Shown: piece after piece, positions 56,049 through 64,000 of the stretch
Layout: every line of letters begins with the position of its first letter
How positions within the stretch are numbered: position 1 is the stretch's first letter
Assembly: GCA_004764695.1 (NCBI GenBank)
Contig: SMSO01000033.1
Location: 2,046,001 to 2,110,000 of the forward strand
Origin: Schizochytrium sp. TIO01
Taxonomy: Eukaryota > Protista > Bigyra: Labyrinthulomycetes
Length of the DNA stretch: 64,000 nt
Direction of reading: 5' to 3'
Program-made: the position numbers and the translations under genes
Notes under the pieces: model-generated
The model's input: the letters and a program-made list of their open reading frames with translations, nothing else
What the model was told of the DNA's origin: nothing
Databases searched by the model: none

Positions 56049-56984
56049 AGACAGACAGACAGACAGACAGACAGACAGCGCTTCGGCCTCCTCCTGCCTC
56101 CTCATGCATGCATTCTCGCGCTTCTGCCGCTTCTTCATCAATCCTGCCGCAGGCGCGCGTAGGAGTAGGTAGAGAGGAACTAGCGCTGACCGCGTACCTG
56201 GTACTAAGCGAGGATAGCGACGCCTACGGACGCCACAATGGTCCACCCGCCGCTCTGGCCAGACCAACGAACGGGTCTTATTTCCTTATTTATTAATTAA
56301 TTAACTTATTTATTTATTTATTTATTTATTAATTGACAGTGGAGACGACGATTGCTCAGATCATGACGCTGGGTATCGATGGCTGGCTACCCATAGCCTC
56401 GCGCGAAGGATACCCCATTCTTTGGGGAGACTGCGCGGAGAAACAGGGAGAGTGCCTTGAAAGCTCGCGCTGGAAAGGCATGGGAGCGGAAACTCAGAGG
56501 ACCCGAGGAACGAGATCGAAGAAGATCATCGTGGAAGTGGGATGGATTCGCCTTTTCACTTTTCAAATGATTAACGCTTTCTTTTAAGCAATCTAATCAA
56601 TCTATTTTTCCACCTTAGCTGAGCTTGTTTTACTAGTTTCCAGTAGAAGGAACCTCCCTCCCTGCCTCCTTACAGTGCAGCACGAACTTCACTTCATCAA
56701 CGGAAAAGAGGTGCTGCTCGAAGAAGCTGCCTGCGCATTCCTGCAGTGCCAGTATGTTGGGTGCCAAGGTGACCACGAGGCGGCAACAGTGGGCTCTTTC
56801 TCCTCAAGCCGTGAGCCTCGCAAGCGGAGCCTTCGCTTCTGCAGTGGTCCCATCAGTCGCCCACTTTGTTTGGACGCGAAGACTTTGGCATGGGAAAGAA
56901 AAGGGACGAGGAGTGCTGGCTAGCCATTCTGAGTCATTCTTAATTCGACACAGACAGTTAGTTAGTTAGTTAGTTAGTTAGTTA
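56049..56984. repeat. cluster of (AGAC)n, (TTTA)n and (AGTT)n microsatellites
   Basis: Tracts at 56049-56077, ~56286-56332 and 56956-56984. Confidence 0.85.
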
Positions 56985-58347
56985 CCCGTGTAAGCTTCGC
57001 TTGAAGCTGCTGTTTCATCCATTGCTGCAGACCATAGTCTAAGGCACGGCCAGAAACGAGTCCGCCGTTGGGCCTTCTCTCCCTCTTGGTTCCTCTATCC
57101 TTCTCTCTTCCACCGGAGAGGGGCTGAACGCCATGAAGAATAGGCCATGCTCGATCTCGCGCTGTGCCGACTGACCTTGGTGCTCTCGAGCTGCGTCCTC
57201 CCCTGAAGGCTCCTTCGCCTCCGCTGTGTTCCCACGATTCCCTTCAGCTCGAAACGAGGTTTCCGTGTGCTGTCTGTTGTCTGTGGCTTGACCTGGCCTC
57301 TGCCCTGCCTTCTTGCTGCAGCGGGAGAAGAGTGGAGCGAGAGAATCTCTAGCAAGAGAGCACCTGAGAGAGGCGAAACGCCGCAGAAAGAATCGCGAGA
57401 AACAGCTCGAGAGTGGGCAGTACTCGGAGTTGACCCATTGGATGGATACCACGCACGAATGCACGCCTCTCGAGAGCGCGATGTCCTCTTTGCAGCAAGT
57501 AGGAAGGTCAGTGCTATCTGCCTGCGTGCCTGCGTATTTATTTATTTATTTATTTATGTATTTATTTGCTTCTTCATACGAAGCATGCCATGGATGGCGG
57601 TGCCGTCAACCACCACCCACAGAGAGCAGAAAACCTGCGGCGGCGAGAGTGGGGTCTCTGCGGAGGTGTCCCCACCGAACATACCTTTGGATGGAGTCCG
57701 CGGAGGTGGTACAATTGGGTTGATGTTTATTTCTGTAGGAATTACGACCGTTCGAGTTCTTCACGACTGACGAAGATCCTAGGTAGGCAGGTCCTCTGAA
57801 TTAATACTACTTGTAACATGGTGAAGCGTTGAGGACAGGCTAACCAGTGGGTAAGTGAAAAGCATGTGGAATAGCTAACGAGCGGGCGAATGAATGAACG
57901 AATTGGCCAAAAATACAAATGATCACGAATGATTGACCGTTCTTTTCTCTCTTTCTTTCTTTCTTTCTTTCTTTCTTCTTTCCCTAAAAGTTTCTCTTCC
58001 TTTTTCTTTTCTTTTCTGTTCTTTTTTTCTGGTTGTTTTATTTAAAATAAATGTTTAGAATAACATCTTAATTATTAATAATAGCAATATCAAATTTTAA
58101 AAGCTAGCTAGCTTTTATACGTCCATTACTACTTACTTTTTTGAATTGAAAAGCAAGTTGGTCAATTTTTTGTTGTGAGAATGAATGAGATTGCGGGAAA
58201 CGAGTAATGCCCAGGCGCCGAGGCAGAGGACGGCCACGAGCTCACGCGTGCGAGGCGCACATTCCGCTTGCTCGCTTGCTTCTGCTCTGCCTTGATTTCC
58301 CTTTCCAGAAGCCCCTCGAGATTGAGCTAAGAGCGTCAGTCTATCTT

Positions 58348-58387
58348 TCTGTCTGTCTGTCTGTCTGTCTGCCTGCCTGTCTGTCTG
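58348..58387. repeat. (TCTG/CCTG)n microsatellite
   Basis: Visible tandem repeat. Confidence 0.88.
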
Positions 58388-59074
58388 TAGGTAGGTATCT
58401 TCAGCTCGGCTAGCCAGTTTCCTCTCTTCCTGCGCTCAGTTTCCTCCTCTCTGCTCGTTACCGTCGTCATGCATCGATTTAGGATCGCTCCTGCAATTTT
58501 AGGAAATACACACGGCCTGAGAATGAATAAATACCTAAGGCAGGAGGTAGTCAGGTAGGTATCTGGTCTCTCTGCATCTATCTCGAGATTGCAACACCGG
58601 TCACATGACAGCGCCTCCTCTTGCGGATGGACATTGTAGCACGGCGGCATTCCTTGGTGCAAGAGTCCTCGGCACAAGTTGGCAGCATGAATGCCATTCC
58701 CTCGAGGCTTTCTCCTGCCTCTCACGACGGTGATGGCGAGAACGATGGAGATGCTGACCTTAGAGACTCGGAAGAGGCAGAAAATAGATACTCTGGACGC
58801 TCCTCCGCCGCCCATTTTTCGCTCTCAGTCACCGGCGCTGTGTCCCCTCTGAGATCCCCCTTCCTCACGCCAAGCAGACCATCTCGGCGGATGAATCGAT
58901 CAACTGAAAGCGCTGCCTAAGTATCTCTCTCTCCCTCTCTCTCTCTCTCAATGTGTCTGGCTTAAGTTTCTCTTCTGAAGAAACGCCAGAGCTCATCCCT
59001 CTGCCTGCCTGTGCTCACATTGCGCCGCTCTTTGCTGTCACTCCTCTTCGATTCATCCAATCAATCATGCATTT

Positions 59075-59371
59075 ATTCATTCATTCATTCATTCATTCAT
59101 CCCTCACTCGAGCGAGCTGATTTAAACGCGTTCATTCTCATCTTCACCCGAAATATAACCAGTACCTGCGTTTATTAAAAGAGAGCAAAGCATATCCGTC
59201 TCCTGCGCTCAAGCAAAAGAAATAGCTGTCCGCCGCAGAATGAATAAATAAATAAATAAATAAAGCAATGAATAAATAAAGCAATGAATGAATGAAGAAC
59301 AAATGAATGCACGAATGAATGAATGAAGAACAAATGAATGAATGAATGAATGAATGAATGAATGAATGAAT
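59075..59371. repeat. inverted pair of (ATTC)n and (GAAT/AAAT)n microsatellites
   Basis: (ATTC)n at 59075-59101 and (GAAT)n/(AAAT)n at 59237-59371. Confidence 0.9.
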
Positions 59372-61931
59372 CGAAGACGAGTGATAGCAAAGAGCGGCGC
59401 AATGTGGGATCTGAGGCGACCAAGGCAAGGCAAGGCAAGGCGCAGGCGCTGTTGCTGCTCGAGCGTAGTGTAGACGGCTAGCTGGCCGGAGACATGATGT
59501 AGGTAGGAAGCGCGCCTTCAGAGCGAGGGCGCTCGCGCCTGCCCGTGCTCGCTCGCGCCTTGATCTGTGCGAGGGCCCCAGGGTGCACCCCCTGGGCGGG
59601 CAGATGAGCGGCGCAAAGGGGGTACAGAATAACTCTGGGAGTGAGAGAGAGCCCAGTTGGTAAGTCCTATAGGAAGCCGCAGGGAAGAGAGGAGTTGTTG
59701 GGAAGTGGAGGAAGGAACGAATGATCGATCCCTCAGACCAGACAGGGCAACGAGTGAGGAGGAGGAGGAGGAGGAGCAGTACTCCCTCCCTCCCTCCCTC
59801 CCTCCCTTTCAGATTGAGCTTAGCAGGCCATGCCATGATGGGCTGGCTAGTGAGTAAGAGAAATGGGCGTTCGGTGTTCTCCGCATTGCGAGAGGAAACT
59901 TTAGATCCATGCTCCCAAATTACATCCTTTCAAGTTGTTTCTATCGTCGTCGAGGAAGCATTCTGTTGATCTTTTGTTTTCTGTATATTTGTATATTTTT
60001 GAAAAAAAATGCTAAAAATAGTAATCGCTGTAAAAGAGGGTAAATGAATACGATGATCGCTGGAAAGAAGGAAAGAAAGAGAAGTATGATGAAGTGCCAT
60101 CGGCCATGAGAAAGGTCGATAAGGAAAGTAAGGAGGTATCTAAGCAGAGCTGAGGGCAGAAGAGTTCGGCCCGCAGAAAAGAGAGTCTGAGGAGACAGGA
60201 TCGAACGAATTGACGGACGGCTTTGACTCTGTTTTTGGCTTTTTGGAGATCGGGTGATCAGAAGTTCGACGGCCAAGTCTGAAAAAGGGCAAGGCAGACA
60301 GTCAGACAGAAAGAGAGAAGACAGGCAGGTAGCAAGGTGCTAGTATAGAGCGGGCGAATCAGAGAACGGAAAACAGAACGGGGTGATGAGTCATTAGATG
60401 CTAGCTATCTACGCCTAGCTGTAGGGCAGTGAGATTCGAAAGATTCGCCAAAGTCTCTTTCTTCCTCTGGTAAAAATGGTTTTCAAAATGTTAGTTGTAA
60501 AGTGATCTGTGTATTTGAATGATTTTTAAAATTTTAATTTTTGTTTTTTATCATCTATTCAAAATTTGTCAAAATTTGAATTTTAAATGTTCTTTCTTTC
60601 TTTTTTCCTTTCCTTTAGGTTTTGAAAATCGCCATGAAAAGAACGCAGCAGAAAGAAGCGCTGCCCCTGTTGTGCGGACACAGGCAGCGCAGGAGGGGCG
60701 GAGCAGCGTGGTCTAATCTGCTTTGGGGCGAGCGACCTTCGAGGGAAACCGACTTCAGAAGCAGATAAGGACTTACGAGCTACTTCTGCTTGCTTGAGAC
60801 AAAGGATCGTGCATTTGTTCTCGCCGAGAGAGAAAATTATGCCTACAAACGATTACTTCTGTTTTCCAGCCTCGAGTCGGGCCGCTGTTCTGCCGTTCTC
60901 TTCGTCGCTTGATTTTGATTTTTGCTCTTTCAATAGAGTTTGAATAGTAAAATGAAGATTGAAACAAAGTTGTTTTTGATTAGTTTTTTTTAATTTAATT
61001 TTCACAAAATTAAATAAAAACTGGTGTTCTCTGCCTAAACTTTACGAAAGTACGTACCTAAGTACGTACTCCTTACTTTGTTTGAACACGCCTGCGCTGC
61101 GTTCTCTCGATGATGCGTACTACTTAATCACTGCTCTACATTCTCCGCTTCAGAGACGAGGCAGTAATCCGACCACGTCGCCCTCCGTCCATCGGCCTCG
61201 CCGCTCCCTGCGGTCAGCGCCCAAAGTCGCTCAGAGAGAAGCAGCGGAAACGAGACCGAGGACACTCTCTGGGCTCTGACGGCCAGGAGTCAGGCGGCCA
61301 GACGGTCAGTTAGTCAGAAGGCACAGCAGAGAAGAAAGAACTTGCTTGCCGCAGGGAACAGAAACATAGGAAGGAAGAAAGAACACATGCATGCATGCAT
61401 AGCTAGCTAGCTAGCTAGCTACAATGCTACAATGCTACAGTGCTCTCTATGTTCTTCTTCCTTTCTTTAGATTTGGAGAATATAGAGATTTCTTTCGCTC
61501 GTTCTTCGTTCGATTTCTTCTCTGCACTTCACCTCGCTTCTCGCTGCTGGAGAGAACGAAGTGAACTCTTCGAAGCGCGCATCGTCTACACGTACAGCTT
61601 TGTATTCGAGAGCTCTTTCTTCTAGAATGTGGGTGAAGACAGTACCACTGCTGTTATGATGAGCTGCAGGACACAAAGAAAGAGTGCATGGAAATGCAAG
61701 GGAAAAGCTGGTACCGAAGGAGCGTGGAGAAAGAAGCCAAGAATCGTCACTACTGCTGTTTCGAAATGTTTTATTTAAAAGTGTTTTTTAATGTTGTTTA
61801 CTACATCCTATTTTAAAGTTGTTATTTCTTTTCTCAAGGCTTTGAATAATAATTAAAAACAATCAAAAGTAGCGAAAATTGAAATCCCCCTTTGATTGCT
61901 CTGTTCTTCAGAATCTTTCGTCAAGGAGTGC

Positions 61932-62678
61932 ATGTATGTATGTATGTATGTATGTATTTATGTATGTATGTGTTGCTCCTCGTTCGTTTGTTTTGCAGGA
62001 GAGGAATGTTTTATGCAGTAGTACGTATTTAATTTGATGTTTATTTGTTTGAAAACTTGCTTTGCTGTTTGAGTCGATTCTCGTGAGAGTCGCAAGAGAT
62101 CGTGCAAACAAGCCGTGGCGGCAGCCAAAAGGCACCTCAGCGGACTAGTATTGCTGCTTTACTTGAAGGCGTCGCAGCCCAAGGAGTTCCACAAACAGTT
62201 AAACAAACAAACAGACAGACAGATAGACAGACAGACAGACAAAGATTGTGAACATTGAAAATCCTCTCCGACGCTGTGCTCGAAACACCCAGATTTGCAC
62301 TGCAGTTTGTTTAATTCAAGACTTCCGTTCTCCTGAATGCCTAAAGTGATGACTGCTCTAAGTTGCTCTGGTATTTGTTTCGTTCCTTTACCTTCAAGTT
62401 CATGTTTTCTTTTATTCCTAAAGCTGCTATTTACTCTTTATTCACTCCCACTTGAAAACTTTGAGCGTGTAAAGATCGGCAGAAACAACGTTTTGAAAAA
62501 ATATAGATCATTCGCTCTCTTCTAATTGCTCAATTTAAAAGCAAAATGGAACAGAACCACAGCTCGCTCTCTCTTTGAGGAAGTTGTGTGCAGTACCAGT
62601 GGTGTAAACAAATGCATGATCACTCTCACTCCCGCCGTTCTTTGTTTGTTTGTAGGCAATCAATCAATCAATCAATCA
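61932..62678. repeat. (TATG)n, (AAAC/AGAC)n and (CAAT)n microsatellites
   Basis: Tracts at ~61932-61970, ~62200-62241 and ~62657-62678. Confidence 0.85.
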
Positions 62679-63836
62679 ACCGATGTGTCTATCCAGCCAG
62701 CACCCCTCCCTGTCAATTTGCAGGCCTCTCTTCTCTTCATCTCGCCTCTAAGTCAGAGCGGCGGAGCAGGAAACCAAAAGCAGAGCTGATGCTTCGAGTC
62801 TATTCATCCGCAGCTTACGAGAAACTATGGTTGTTGAGATGCTTCGTTCTCCTTTCTTTTTCCCTCCGGTCATTCTTTCAATTGTTCCTCCTTTTCAGGA
62901 AGGCAAGGCAGTCCAAAAAAAAGAACACCTAAAAGGTTTTTTTGTTCTGTTTTGTTTGTTTGTTTTTTCTGTTTTGTTTTTGTTTTATTGTTTTTATTTT
63001 TTCTGGTAAATGTGCAAATGTTCTCGTTGAAATCAAGTTTTGGTATTTAAAATATAAATTATTTTTAAATCAGGGATGCAATTCAATCAACTCTTGAAAG
63101 ATCGTCATCCCCAGAAGAAGAAGGAAAGAAAGAGAAAGGACACGAAGAGCCGCCGGCAAATCCCGAAATCCTTTGCGCCTTCCCAGATCTCCTCCCTCCT
63201 TCCTGCCTGCGTGATAGAGAGAGCAGCAGCAGCAGCAGCCGCCAGCCCGCGCCGCAGCCTTGCTCCCGCCGGCCCAGAGGATCTCTATTTGTTAGCCTGA
63301 GCAGTGGGTTTCCAAGTTTTCAAAAGGCGAGAAAACTTTCTCTTTCGTTTGTTGTTTCTTTTCTCTTTGTTTTTTCTTGTGCACGCAGAAAGAAGCAAAA
63401 CCCGATCCAGATCCGCATCTTCATCGAGCCCACCGCCGCCCCTTGCCCCGACCAAACCCAGACTCTGAGCTCACGCCTCGCCAAGGCACCACCGCCACGC
63501 CGAGAGCTCCACCGCCAGCAGACTGTCCTCCGAGTCCTCAGCGCCGAGGTCCCACCGCAGCTTATTAGCCGTCACGCCCTCTGCGCAGAGCCGACCGTTG
63601 CCTGTATCATCTATTTCTTTCTGCTCCCTTGTAAACAAAAGATAGCAGCAGAAGCAAAAGCTCACGCCGGCGCTTTTCGTGCAACACGACCGATACGAGC
63701 TTCCGAAGCAAAGAGGTAAAGACCAACTTTACATTCGGAGTCAAGACAGATCTATCTTTCGATCTTGGCATTGAAGAAATTCTGGTTTTCTTCAAACACC
63801 CGCCCTTCTTTTTTCTCGTTGTAAATCATTCCCACA

Positions 63837-64000
63837 ATGGTCGCCGCGACATCAGCAGCAGCTTCTTCAGCCGAGTGCTACGGCTCGCCCAGCCTCAGCG
63901 CAACATCGTCTGAGGGCTCGCGCACACCACCTGCATCTCCGCAACCCACGTGCATGAGCCGTAACTCGAGGCAATCCGGTCAGACCAAAGGATCCCAGAC
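63837..64000 (+). CDS. 5' end of a gene running off the window (Ser/Pro-rich N-terminus)
   Basis: ACAATGG start context. Open frame MVAATSAAASSAECYGSPSLSATSSEGSRTPPASPQPTCMSRNSRQSGQTKGSQ to the window edge. Probable upstream UTR intron acceptor at ~63388. Confidence 0.55.
   Translation, partial: MVAATSAAASSAECYGSPSLSATSSEGSRTPPASPQPTCMSRNSRQSGQTKGSQ

Noticed and set aside
59144-59836. 230 aa minus-strand ORF
   Set aside because: It is largely a translation of GAAT/AAAT repeats (HSFI, YLFI).
60086-60153. C/D box pair (ATGATGA...CTGA)
   Set aside because: No terminal stem and no recognisable rRNA guide.
1-64000. CRISPR array, rRNA, telomeric array or intact transposon
   Set aside because: No repeat-spacer structure, rRNA motifs, telomere tracts, terminal repeats or RT/transposase ORFs were seen.

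Overview
Eukaryotic nuclear DNA, intron-poor, with tetranucleotide microsatellites. Gene style and content suggest a stramenopile protist such as a thraustochytrid, but that is inference only. The first ~40.7 kb is gene-dense, with 13 mostly single-exon genes: an EF-hand/Sfi1-like protein, an Mrs2/CorA-type transporter with a GAN motif and C-terminal EF-hand, a small coiled-coil ORF, PUS7/TruD, a DEAD-box helicase, a HAUS5-like augmin subunit (with a decayed tandem copy of its 3' end), a C2-DENN protein, a TRIC-like membrane protein, Nup54, a kinesin-3-like motor, a WASP-family protein, a LACTB2-like metallo-beta-lactamase and a two-exon HMGB. From ~40.7 to 63.8 kb there is a ~23 kb divergent interval with no credible long ORF. 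It has microsatellite-rich flanks, a microsatellite-poor core, recurring T-tract-to-A-tract islands and one hairpin-dense segment. An ORF starts at 63837 and runs off the window. I found no tRNA, rRNA, CRISPR array or recognisable transposon. All family assignments come from motif recognition by eye, not from database searches.
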